DNA of 21,124 bases from Candidatus Firestoneibacteriota bacterium (GCA_043822305.1 JBDRBU010000091.1:1-21124); one strand, 5' to 3'. Shown: positions 1 to 8,072, numbered from the stretch's first letter. Notes: generated by a model not told the origin, from the sequence alone. Numbers and translations are program-made.

Positions 1-48
1 GATGGCTAATAAAAACAAAAAAAGTAAAAAAGAAAAAGAAAAAAGTTC

Positions 49-82
49 TTGACAATTTGAAAAAAATGAGATATGCTACAAT
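49..82 (+). promoter_or_regulatory. Sigma-70-type promoter pointing antisense into the truncated pilB/gspE
   Basis: TTGACA (49-54), 17-bp spacer, TATGCT (72-77). An overlapping extended -10 TGcTACAAT lies at 74-82 and an A-rich tract lies upstream. Confidence 0.55.
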
Positions 83-124
83 AGAAAGAGGGCTTGAATT
101 GGTTAAGATGTGTAGGTCAAAGAT

Positions 125-514
125 TCAGGACGGTACCAAAAGTTGATTAACAAACTGTATAACAGATGCATCTTGATCTAAAGCCACTTCATCTATTGAT
201 TCTACTTCATGTTCAGTCTGATCAACTAACAAATCACTTTCTTCAACCATTTTTGCTACAGTATCCGCACCAACTCCATAGTATTTTTTAATAGCAGAAA
301 TAATTTCTTCTTCAGCAATTTCTACAGGCTTGATCTTTTTGCCAAATGTTAAAGAAAGTTCATCAATAACCTGTAAATTAGAAGGGTCAGAAATCGCAAC
401 AAGAATTTCATCGTTTTCTTCTTTAATTGGAATTACCTTAAACCTACTCGCAAACTTAAGCGGAAGTTTTGCAATAAGTTTTATGTCTATTTCAGTATTT
501 GTAAGTTTATTCAT
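125..514 (-). pseudogene. Truncated PilB/GspE-family ATPase (N-terminal domain only)
   Basis: Typical T2SSE N-terminal sequence (VIPI...VAISDPSNLQVIDEL...IKKYYG...DASVIQFVNQLL), then VPS-stop just before the expected ASDIHIEP motif. There is no Walker A/B. The likely start is ATG at 514 (MNKL), since the ORF-track start at 526 lies within a short repeat. Confidence 0.8.
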
Positions 515-536
515 AAATAGGGACACATCCCATTTT
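513..536. repeat. Short dispersed motif AAATAGGGACAC(AT)CCCATTT, copy 1
   Basis: Nearly identical in inverted orientation to 15230-15250. Both copies abut a start codon. Confidence 0.6.
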
Positions 537-546
537 TAATATTTTT

Positions 547-569
547 GTAGTTGCCCAATTCATTGGGCA
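547..569 (+). repeat. GTAG-type REP-like palindrome
   Basis: GTAG, then T, then the stem TGCCCAAT-TC-ATTGGGCA (8-bp perfect stem). Intergenic. Confidence 0.7.
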
Positions 570-572
570 TTA

Positions 573-608
573 ATGGAGTCGGGGTCGTCCCTGACCCCGA
601 CATACCTT
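573..608 (+). repeat. REP-like palindrome family A, copy 1
   Basis: ATGGAGTCGGGGTCGTCCCTGACCCCGACATACCTT has a 9-bp stem GTCGGGGTC/GACCCCGAC and is 35/36 identical to 5926-5961. Confidence 0.85.
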
Positions 609-609
609 A

Positions 610-1347
610 CTAATACTCTGAGTAATCCTTACCACTTGAATCTTTACCTGATAAATTAAGATAAACATTGCCTTTTTCCATATCATAATACCATCCACCC
701 GTACCGTCAAATTTGGTCACTACCTTATTGCTTCCCGTAATCTTTTCCTGAGGTATCGGATAAAGAAAGTTTTCAAACCCAGAAGTTAAACTTTTTGGCC
801 ATTCTCCTTCTTTTTCAGAATAGTAAATAGAAACAGCAGAGCGAATTGCAGCTAAGTTGCCCTTAGTTGCACCCTCTCTACCCTTTATCATCATCTGCCC
901 CATCGTTGTATTTTTGTCAATTGTTCCATCCTTTTCACCTTTTTCCATCATATTTTTTGTCCATTTTGATGCCCATTTTGCTGCAATTTCCATTGTTTCT
1001 TTCATTATCAAGGGCCCATTTTCTATCATTTTTTTTCCAACTGGCGTTTCATTAAATTTCAGCATTTCTTTAATATCTTCATTATCATAATACTTTTCGT
1101 AAACAGGAATCATTAATTCAGCCAATTCTTGATAGTCTTTTTCTGTAACCATATTACCAAAAGATTTTTCAAACATCTGTTTCATTATTTTTATATTATA
1201 TCCTGGCTTAATTAATTTTATGATATTATCTCTTTTCTCTTTATCAATATTTTTTGATTCGTCCGCCATAACAATCCCTGAACAAACAATACCCGCAATC
1301 AAACAAACACACACCAACGATTTAATTCCTATCCTATTTTTAAACAT
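610..1347 (-). CDS. Exported DUF2059-like protein with C-terminal pilin/pseudopilin-like domain
   Basis: Signal peptide. DUF2059-like motif YEKYYDNEDIKEMLKFNETPVGKKMIE. The C-terminus EGATKGNLAAIRSAVSIYY-E-EGEWP...GGWYYD resembles pilin globular heads. RBS GGAGGG upstream. Confidence 0.7.
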   Translation of the reverse strand: MFKNRIGIKSLVCVCLIAGIVCSGIVMADESKNIDKEKRDNIIKLIKPGYNIKIMKQMFEKSFGNMVTEKDYQELAELMIPVYEKYYDNEDIKEMLKFNETPVGKKMIENGPLIMKETMEIAAKWASKWTKNMMEKGEKDGTIDKNTTMGQMMIKGREGATKGNLAAIRSAVSIYYSEKEGEWPKSLTSGFENFLYPIPQEKITGSNKVVTKFDGTGGWYYDMEKGNVYLNLSGKDSSGKDYSEY

Positions 1348-1418
1348 TTTCTTATCCCTCCTTCTAACTACACATTCTCTTCGAATTTTCAGATTTCATA
1401 TTTAATTGACTCTGACCC

Positions 1419-2939
1419 TTATTTTGAAATTATCACAAAAATATCGTTACCCTCTCTTTCAATAAGCAAGAGAATGCCTTCTTTTAAATCACCATTTTTA
1501 ATTGCTTTTTCAAAATCATCTGTATCTTCTATCTCCTTTTTATCAACTTCTTTAATTATATCACCTTCACAAATTTCTGCTTTATCTGACAAACTGTCTT
1601 TTTCTACAGATACAACTATTACCCCCATTTTTGATTTTATCCCATACTCTTTCATTAATCTATCGCTAAGATTTTTTACATGCAATCCAATCTCACTTGG
1701 TTTTTTCTCTTCACCCTTTTCTTTATTAGATGCAGATTTATCGCTCTTTTCTCCCCATGGGGCAAGTTCCACTTTTATTTCTTTTTCTTTTCCATCTCTT
1801 AAAATAAGTAATGCAATCACATCTCCAACTTCTTTTTCGGCTACCATTTGCACAAGTTCAGAAGGAGCACTTATTTCCTTTCCATTAAACTTAATTATCA
1901 CATCTCCACCTTTTAATCCTGCTTCTTTACCCGGCCCTTTTTCATCAACTTCGCTTATAAGCATTCCTTTCTCAACATTAAATTTCTTTGTGAGTTTCTT
2001 ATCCATCTCTTGTAATTTTACTCCAATCCATGGGGTTTCAGTAGAAACTTTTTTACCTTTTATCAAATTATCCAGAATTTTTTTTGCTTCATTTATAGGT
2101 ATAGCAAATCCAACACCCATACTACCAACATTACCAAAAGAAAAATTACCAGCAATGGCCAGATTAACCCCTATGACCTCTCCTTCAATATTAACAAGTG
2201 GTCCTCCACTGTTACCTGGATTAATTGGAGCATCTGTTTGAATTATATTAGGGATTCTTTTTGGAATACCTTCCATGTCAAAATTTTCAAATAATCTTCC
2301 TTTGGCGCTAACTATACCCATGGTAACTGTATTAGCATAACCAAAGGGATTACCTATGGCTACGACAATATCTCCGGTCATAACTTCATCTGAATTTCCA
2401 AATGAAACAATCGGAAACTTCTTATCCGATTTTATTTTCACAATAGCCAGGTCATGCCTTTTATCAAATCCCTTTATTTCTGCATCATATTTAGAACTAT
2501 CCGACATCACAACTTTAATAACAGTAGCTTCTTCAATTACATGATAATTTGTTAAAATAAACCCATCAGAAGTTACAATCATTCCACTACCAACCCCTCC
2601 CATTTTTTCTTTTGGAAATGTCTTTTTTTTCGGCATATTCTTATAATAGTCTTCATCTCCTTCATTGTCATCTTTTTTAAAAAACCATTTAAATCCTGGA
2701 ATATCAGCCTCAGAACCTTTTTCGATTTTTCTTTCAGTATAGATGTAAACTGCTGCGGGATTAACTGTCTTGGCTATATCTCTTAGTGTATTCTGCAAAG
2801 ATACAATTTCTTTGGCCGGTTGAATCTTAGATAATACTGGCGATGTGGCTACCAGTATCAAAACACAAATTACAAATCCCAAATTACAAACTTTTCTCAT
2901 TACTCTTTTTACTTTTCCCACTTCTTTCATATTATTCAC
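1419..2939 (-). CDS. htrA: HtrA/DegP/DegQ serine endoprotease with two PDZ domains
   Basis: Catalytic motifs TNYHVI, DLAIVK and QTDAPINPGNSGGPL. Two PDZ-like repeats. GTG start with GGAGG RBS. Confidence 0.95.
   Translation of the reverse strand: MNNMKEVGKVKRVMRKVCNLGFVICVLILVATSPVLSKIQPAKEIVSLQNTLRDIAKTVNPAAVYIYTERKIEKGSEADIPGFKWFFKKDDNEGDEDYYKNMPKKKTFPKEKMGGVGSGMIVTSDGFILTNYHVIEEATVIKVVMSDSSKYDAEIKGFDKRHDLAIVKIKSDKKFPIVSFGNSDEVMTGDIVVAIGNPFGYANTVTMGIVSAKGRLFENFDMEGIPKRIPNIIQTDAPINPGNSGGPLVNIEGEVIGVNLAIAGNFSFGNVGSMGVGFAIPINEAKKILDNLIKGKKVSTETPWIGVKLQEMDKKLTKKFNVEKGMLISEVDEKGPGKEAGLKGGDVIIKFNGKEISAPSELVQMVAEKEVGDVIALLILRDGKEKEIKVELAPWGEKSDKSASNKEKGEEKKPSEIGLHVKNLSDRLMKEYGIKSKMGVIVVSVEKDSLSDKAEICEGDIIKEVDKKEIEDTDDFEKAIKNGDLKEGILLLIEREGNDIFVIISK
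2859..2893. repeat. Five tandem heptamers (CAAAnnn) within the htrA signal peptide
   Basis: CAAAACA CAAATTA CAAATCC CAAATTA CAAACTT. Confidence 0.7.
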
Positions 2940-2963
2940 CCTCCTCGCATAACTTCGTATCTT

Positions 2964-3569
2964 TCATTTAATAAGTCTAATTCTATGAATTGGCCAATAA
3001 ATAACCAAAGCTTTGCCTATCATTTTTTTCTTAGGGACAAATCCCCAAAATCGGCTATCATTACTATTATCACGATTATCTCCCATGGCAAAATAACTTT
3101 CTTTCGGAACAACAACCGGGCCAAAATTATCTCTGGTATCGGAAATATTACCATCAGTATGTTGAATATAAGGTTCGTCTTGTTTTACATCATTTACATA
3201 AAGAACTTTATCTTTTACTTCTATCTTATCACCTGGTATGCCTACACATCTTTTTATATAATCCTTTTTCGGGTCAGCCGGAGCATTAAAAACTATTATT
3301 TCTCTCCTTTTAATTTCTCTTATAGGTAAAATCCTTATATCAGTAAAAGGAATCACAGGACCGTATATAAACTTATTTACCATTAAATGGTCGCCTACAA
3401 GTAATGTTGATTCCATAGAGCCTGTTGGAATTCTAAAAGCCTGAATAATAAAAGCCCTGATAAGTAATGCAATAATAAGGGCTGAAATTATTGTTTTTAT
3501 CCACTCTATTACAACTTTTGTATGTCCTCCAGTTTCCTGCTTTTCAGCAATTTTTTGTTCTTCGGCCAT
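2964..3569 (-). CDS. lepB: Signal peptidase I
   Basis: One TM helix, IPTGSMESTL (catalytic Ser), DYIKRCVG (catalytic Lys), GDNRDNSNDSRFWG. GGAGG RBS. Confidence 0.97.
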   Translation of the reverse strand: MAEEQKIAEKQETGGHTKVVIEWIKTIISALIIALLIRAFIIQAFRIPTGSMESTLLVGDHLMVNKFIYGPVIPFTDIRILPIREIKRREIIVFNAPADPKKDYIKRCVGIPGDKIEVKDKVLYVNDVKQDEPYIQHTDGNISDTRDNFGPVVVPKESYFAMGDNRDNSNDSRFWGFVPKKKMIGKALVIYWPIHRIRLIK

Positions 3570-3627
3570 AATACCTCCATTTATTATTAAAAAGGGGACA
3601 GTGCCTATTATTTTTCAGATTTACTCC

Positions 3628-5820
3628 CTAACGGGGTAAACTTTTTAAAGCAATAATTGAAAATATATTTAACGCTATTAATATAAAACAGGAAAAACCT
3701 ACTCCCAGAATTGGTATTAAAAATGTTCCTCCCAGAATTGCTCCAATACTTGCTCCCAGATGGTCGTAAGAATTAAGTTTGGATGAAGATTCGTCCGGTT
3801 TTAAACCAGATTGTATATAAAGTCTGTTTGTCACAGGAAACAAAAATCCTGTTATAAAACCAGTTATAACAAATAAAAACACAAATATCAAGTAAGTAAA
3901 TAATATGTTTTGATTTTTTAAAAGATATATTAAAACTGAAGTAATGAATATAATTATTATCAGAATTATCTGAGGGAAAACAAAAGTGTTTACTGTAATA
4001 TTCTTTACTTTTTCTGAAAAAAATGAACCTAAAAATAGCCCGAACATAAATAAACCTATAAAAAGTCCTATTTCGCTGTATAAATAACCTCTTAAATTCT
4101 GGAATAAAAATAAAAATATTATCTCTAAAAACATTCCCGTTAAACCAACTATGGTAATTGCCATACTTAACTTTGAGTTTTTTGATGGTTTTTTTAAAAA
4201 TAACCATAAAAACATTCCTAATATAAAAAATAAAATTACTTGTATACTAAATATTTTTTTAATAAAACCCGGCAAATAAGAACTTGTGAATCTGCTCCAA
4301 AGTATCAGGTTGAAAAAATATGTAACAGGCCGAGTATCAGTATTTATAACTTTCGTTTTATAATTCTCTAACTCGTTCTTAAACCATTCTACTTTGTCTT
4401 TTTCAAATAAAGTTTTAAAATAATGTTCATTAAAATACTTTGATTTAACTTTTCTTTTAAGAAATCTTTCTTTAAGAATATCACTGTCAAGAGAAACAAC
4501 ATTGCTATCGGATGCAAAAAAATATGTTCTATCTCCACAAGATGCAAGATTGAATTTAAACACTTGTTTTAATGTATGATAAATCGACACATTATAATTT
4601 GCAACTTCCTCTCCGAGATAATTAACAGCAGAAGTAAGTGATGTTACGAATACCCCATCTTTATTTAATATATTTTTCGTTTCAGTAAAAAACTCTTTTG
4701 TAAAATACCTGTTCACAAGAGAAGTTGAAGGATCAGATAAATTCACGATAACAATATCGTATTTTTCTTTTGTATTTTTAACAGAATATCTTCCGTCTGA
4801 ATAAAATATTTTCACTCCTTTTATATCTGTAATATTTTGAAACTTCAAAACCATATTTATCTTCTCTGAGTCTAATTCCACAAAATGGATTTCATCAATA
4901 TTATGCAATAAACTTTCTTTTACTAAACCTAAAGTAGGAGTACCTATAATTAAAACTTTTTTTGGATTTGGATGTTGAACCATCACCGGATGTATAAAAC
5001 TCGCATCACTATATTCATCCGGGAAAGAAATTGAAATATGCCCATTTTCAAATAGGCTATATTGGGACTCCCTGACACCTAGGCTTATATTCTGATATTT
5101 AGAATCACAACTTTCAATGAAATTTAACCCTGTAGCAAAACTACTCCATCTTTGTCCAATAAGCCAGTTATTAATACTGTCAGAACTAAGCCATAAGAAA
5201 ACAAGGATTAAGATAAGACTGGCCAAACTGTAAAAAAACAGTTTATTTAGTTTGAGTAAATTGACCAATATTAAAACACAACCTAATATAAATAAACCGG
5301 TCAAAAATAATATTTCAAAATGGTTTAAAAAATTTACAAATATAAAAGTAAAAAGAATTCCACCAAACATACTACCCAATGATTCAAACATATAAACTTT
5401 ACTTAAAGCATTTTCACTTTTATCTCTATAAATCTTTACTCCAAGCGGAAACAAAAATCCGATAATAAAACACAAAGGAGACATTATAATAAATGTAGAA
5501 ATAATCATAGTCTGAAAAGGAAAGAGTTGATAGGAATGTATTCCAAGCAGAATTCGTAAATTTCTTATTATAAAAATCTCAAATGGCATAACAAAAACAG
5601 AAATGCTTAAACAAAGTATGAAAATTTTAATTGGATTTGCTATTTTTAGATAGACTTTTTTAAAAACCCAGGCACCTAATGAAATCCAGAATAACCAACT
5701 AAAGAATATTGTTCCCAGACAAAGTTCATTACCAAAAAAAATAACCAGAAATTCCCTAACAAGAATCACCTGGCTAATTGTAGAATAAAACCCAAATAAA
5801 AAAAATAAAATTAAAAGCAT
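3628..5820 (-). CDS. Membrane-fused spermidine-synthase-like (class I SAM-fold) protein
   Basis: Multi-TM N- and C-terminal blocks flank a soluble domain with SKYQNI, PKKVLIIG, VELD, DGR and YDIVIVNLSDP...FTKEFF motifs. Confidence 0.85.
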   Translation of the reverse strand: MLLILFFLFGFYSTISQVILVREFLVIFFGNELCLGTIFFSWLFWISLGAWVFKKVYLKIANPIKIFILCLSISVFVMPFEIFIIRNLRILLGIHSYQLFPFQTMIISTFIIMSPLCFIIGFLFPLGVKIYRDKSENALSKVYMFESLGSMFGGILFTFIFVNFLNHFEILFLTGLFILGCVLILVNLLKLNKLFFYSLASLILILVFLWLSSDSINNWLIGQRWSSFATGLNFIESCDSKYQNISLGVRESQYSLFENGHISISFPDEYSDASFIHPVMVQHPNPKKVLIIGTPTLGLVKESLLHNIDEIHFVELDSEKINMVLKFQNITDIKGVKIFYSDGRYSVKNTKEKYDIVIVNLSDPSTSLVNRYFTKEFFTETKNILNKDGVFVTSLTSAVNYLGEEVANYNVSIYHTLKQVFKFNLASCGDRTYFFASDSNVVSLDSDILKERFLKRKVKSKYFNEHYFKTLFEKDKVEWFKNELENYKTKVINTDTRPVTYFFNLILWSRFTSSYLPGFIKKIFSIQVILFFILGMFLWLFLKKPSKNSKLSMAITIVGLTGMFLEIIFLFLFQNLRGYLYSEIGLFIGLFMFGLFLGSFFSEKVKNITVNTFVFPQIILIIIIFITSVLIYLLKNQNILFTYLIFVFLFVITGFITGFLFPVTNRLYIQSGLKPDESSSKLNSYDHLGASIGAILGGTFLIPILGVGFSCFILIALNIFSIIALKSLPR

Positions 5821-5842
5821 TCTTATTACTCCAATTTTTAAT

Positions 5843-5872
5843 TCCCCCTTAATAAAGGGGGTTAGGGGGTTG
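5843..5872. repeat. C/G-tract palindromic element (CCCCCTT-AATA-AAGGGGG-TT-AGGGGG)
   Basis: GC-rich hairpin followed by a second G-run in an AT-rich intergenic region. It matches a dispersed-repeat type seen in other bacteria. Single copy in this window. Confidence 0.6.
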
Positions 5873-5925
5873 TTCTTTTAACGCTTAAATTTCATGAGTT
5901 CTAATAATCGTTGCCGTTCCATATT

Positions 5926-5961
5926 ATGGAGTCGGGGTCGTCCCTGACCCTGACATACCTT
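5926..5961 (+). repeat. REP-like palindrome family A, copy 2
   Basis: 35/36 identical to 573-608, with one C>T change in the stem. Confidence 0.85.
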
Positions 5962-5990
5962 TTATTTTAATATTTACAATAAAAAACTAA

Positions 5991-6013
5991 CGCAGGCTAA
6001 AGACTGCGACTAC
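5991..6013 (-). repeat. GTAG REP family B, copy 1
   Basis: Minus strand reads GTAGTCGCAGTCTTTAGCCTGCG, one mismatch to the copies at 6685 and 10242. Confidence 0.85.
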
Positions 6014-6047
6014 CAATTATTACCATACATTTCATAGATAACGACTT

Positions 6048-6599
6048 TCACTGACTATTTACTTTTCTTGGAATAAACATATGTGTTCTTTTCTTGTATT
6101 CAGAATATTCTTTACCAAGACGTTTTTCAAGTTCCGGTTCCTCAACTGTTTTTAATTCCAGTATATTAACCAGAATAAAAAGTGGAGTAAATATAAAAAT
6201 AAGGGAAACCGAGTTAAATAAAATACCAACCCCGAACAGCAGGATAAATACACCACTAAGCATAGGATTTCTAATATATGCATATGGACCAGTAGTAACT
6301 AATTTTGGTGGAGGATTGAAAGGCACGGGAGTTCCCCTTACTTTAATAAAGTGGTAATTCGACCACAGTATTAGGAATAACCCTATAGCAGAAATAGGCC
6401 CAGAGACAAAAACATTCAATAATGCGGGAAGGACTTTAGGAAACTTCAAGAATTTATCCACATAAAGAGAAATAACAACAACCAACATTATAAAGGTGAA
6501 AAAGAAGAACGCTCCTATGGGAGTAAGAAGAGTACGAACTCGCCGACTACCTGTCGCCGATTTATAGAAGATATCAATCAATTTTTTATGTAATTTCAT
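6048..6599 (-). CDS. ICMT/PEMT-family membrane methyltransferase-like protein
   Basis: GTPVPFNPPPKLVTTGPYAYIRNPM and EEPELEKRLGKEYSEYKKR motifs, with TM helices. Confidence 0.88.
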   Translation of the reverse strand: MKLHKKLIDIFYKSATGSRRVRTLLTPIGAFFFFTFIMLVVVISLYVDKFLKFPKVLPALLNVFVSGPISAIGLFLILWSNYHFIKVRGTPVPFNPPPKLVTTGPYAYIRNPMLSGVFILLFGVGILFNSVSLIFIFTPLFILVNILELKTVEEPELEKRLGKEYSEYKKRTHMFIPRKVNSQ

Positions 6600-6614
6600 T
6601 ATATTTCACCTTCT

Positions 6615-7214
6615 TCATTTTAATTCAATTCTTTCGTTAGCAGCAAAGTCATTAAGAATTTCTTTAAGAATTTTAGATTTAGTTGTAGTCGCAGGCTTTA
6701 GCCTGCGTGATTTAACTTTATCTATTTTTACTCTTCTGTTTGCTTCGGCTAATGATTTTTCTAAACTGGTTATTGTAAGTAAAGACGCAGAAGTGCAGTA
6801 AAAACTTTTTGAACGCCCATCATTAAAATTATCTATCATTGTTTTAAGTAATTTAATTCGTTTTTTCTGCTGTTCTATGAATTTTTTAATCCCATGTTCT
6901 TTTATGAAATTCAAGTTTGACATTACTTTATTGTATGGTGGATAAGATGAAGATTGTTTCAATTGCTGATATTCTTCATCACTTTTGAATTTAGAACACG
7001 GAAACTCATGACATTCAGCACAGACTTCAAGATTCCTTTTTTTGACACAACAAGTTATGTAGGAACAGGCAGGATGTTTATTAAAAAAATCGGGACCGCA
7101 ACATCCAGGGCATCTTGAACTACCAATCGTATAGTATCTCGGGCATAAACCACAATCAAGACCGCATACACCAATTATTGGATAGATTCTCATTTGTTTC
7201 ATAATTTTCATCAT
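6615..7214 (-). CDS. DUF3795-like cysteine-rich protein
   Basis: IGVCGLDCGLC, CPGC and C-YITCC-KKRNLEVCAECHEFPC motifs. Overlaps the upstream stop codon. Confidence 0.8.
   Translation of the reverse strand: MMKIMKQMRIYPIIGVCGLDCGLCPRYYTIGSSRCPGCCGPDFFNKHPACSYITCCVKKRNLEVCAECHEFPCSKFKSDEEYQQLKQSSSYPPYNKVMSNLNFIKEHGIKKFIEQQKKRIKLLKTMIDNFNDGRSKSFYCTSASLLTITSLEKSLAEANRRVKIDKVKSRRLKPATTTKSKILKEILNDFAANERIELK
6685..6707 (+). repeat. GTAG REP family B, copy 2 (intragenic, in frame)
   Basis: GTAGTCGCAGGCTTTAGCCTGCG with stem CGCAGGCT/AGCCTGCG. It encodes RRLKPATT in the DUF3795-like ORF. Confidence 0.9.
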
Positions 7215-7990
7215 CCAATTAGTTTTAATATCTCTTTTTGCTCATTACTACTTAATTTCTTCATCCCATTTTTTATTATCCATCTTGTATTTTTATTTGG
7301 ATTCGCTTTTGCCCATTTTGTTAAAAATGTAGATACTTGTGTAGAATTCTTGATGGTTATCTGTCTCAAAATCCATGCTACTCCTTTTTTCACATCCTTA
7401 TCTTCATCAGTCATAACTTGATTGAAGATTTCAAAGATTTCAGGAGGTGCTGTAATTTTTTTGAATGTCCATAAAGTTACAATCCCAAACCGCCTGATCC
7501 ATTTATTCCTATCTTTTACACATTTTTCGCATAACAATAAAACCTCTTTTGTCCTTGAAATCACAATAGGTCTCATACCCATACCAGCAAGGACATCACA
7601 CACAGACCAGTTGTTAATGTCTGGCAAAAAATATGGAATCAAACTCAAGCATTCATCAGGGTATTTTTTGCCGAGTTTTTCAATTGCTTTACCTACTATA
7701 TCTCTTTCTTCATAAGAACCATTTTTCCATAATGTTTTTAGGAGAGAAAAAATTGGTTTGGGACTTTTCTGTCCATATTTCCCTAATTCGTTAGCAATTA
7801 TAACTAAAACTGGCTTGGGTGTTCCAAACGACTTACCCATTTCAGGTACAAGTGTTTGATAACACGATGATGTATCTTTATCAGCATATGATTGGAGTAT
7901 TTTATGCAACATGACATGACCATTTCTTTTACTTAATCCAAGCACCTTATTTGTTTTAAGTTTAAGTTCTCTTACATTTATAAAACGCAT
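7211..7990 (-). CDS. AlkD-like HEAT-repeat DNA alkylation repair protein with an N-terminal Phd/YefM-like extension
   Basis: LWKNGSYEER, INNWSVCDVL, DRNKWIRR and VKKGVAWILR are AlkD-family motifs. The first 26 aa resemble a Phd antitoxin. An internal Met at 7912 could start the AlkD part. Confidence 0.82.
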   Translation of the reverse strand: MRFINVRELKLKTNKVLGLSKRNGHVMLHKILQSYADKDTSSCYQTLVPEMGKSFGTPKPVLVIIANELGKYGQKSPKPIFSLLKTLWKNGSYEERDIVGKAIEKLGKKYPDECLSLIPYFLPDINNWSVCDVLAGMGMRPIVISRTKEVLLLCEKCVKDRNKWIRRFGIVTLWTFKKITAPPEIFEIFNQVMTDEDKDVKKGVAWILRQITIKNSTQVSTFLTKWAKANPNKNTRWIIKNGMKKLSSNEQKEILKLIG

Positions 7991-8019
7991 ATTTATAACT
8001 CCACTAATATAGATAGTTG

Positions 8020-8072
8020 GTAATACAATTGCATTACAACATAATCATACTACAATATCTTTTGTTTATCAA
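8020..8072 (-). promoter_or_regulatory. Sigma-70 promoter plus palindromic operator upstream of the Phd-AlkD ORF
   Basis: Minus strand TTGATA (8072-8067), 17 bp, TATGAT (8049-8044). An 18-bp near-perfect palindrome GTAATACAATTGCATTAC lies at 8020-8037. GGAG RBS before the ATG at 7990. Confidence 0.7.

Noticed and set aside
1380..1407. Degenerate heptamer run TTCGAAT TTTCAGA TTTCATA TTTAATT
   Set aside because: It may be related to the htrA heptamers but is too degenerate in AT-rich DNA to call.
2834..2858. Hairpin ATACTGG-N11-CCAGTAT in htrA
   Set aside because: Single 7-bp stem with no second copy, compatible with chance.
5878..5922. 14-aa minus-strand ORF MERQRLLELMKFKR between two palindromes
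   Set aside because: No RBS and too short. It may be a gene remnant but cannot be supported.
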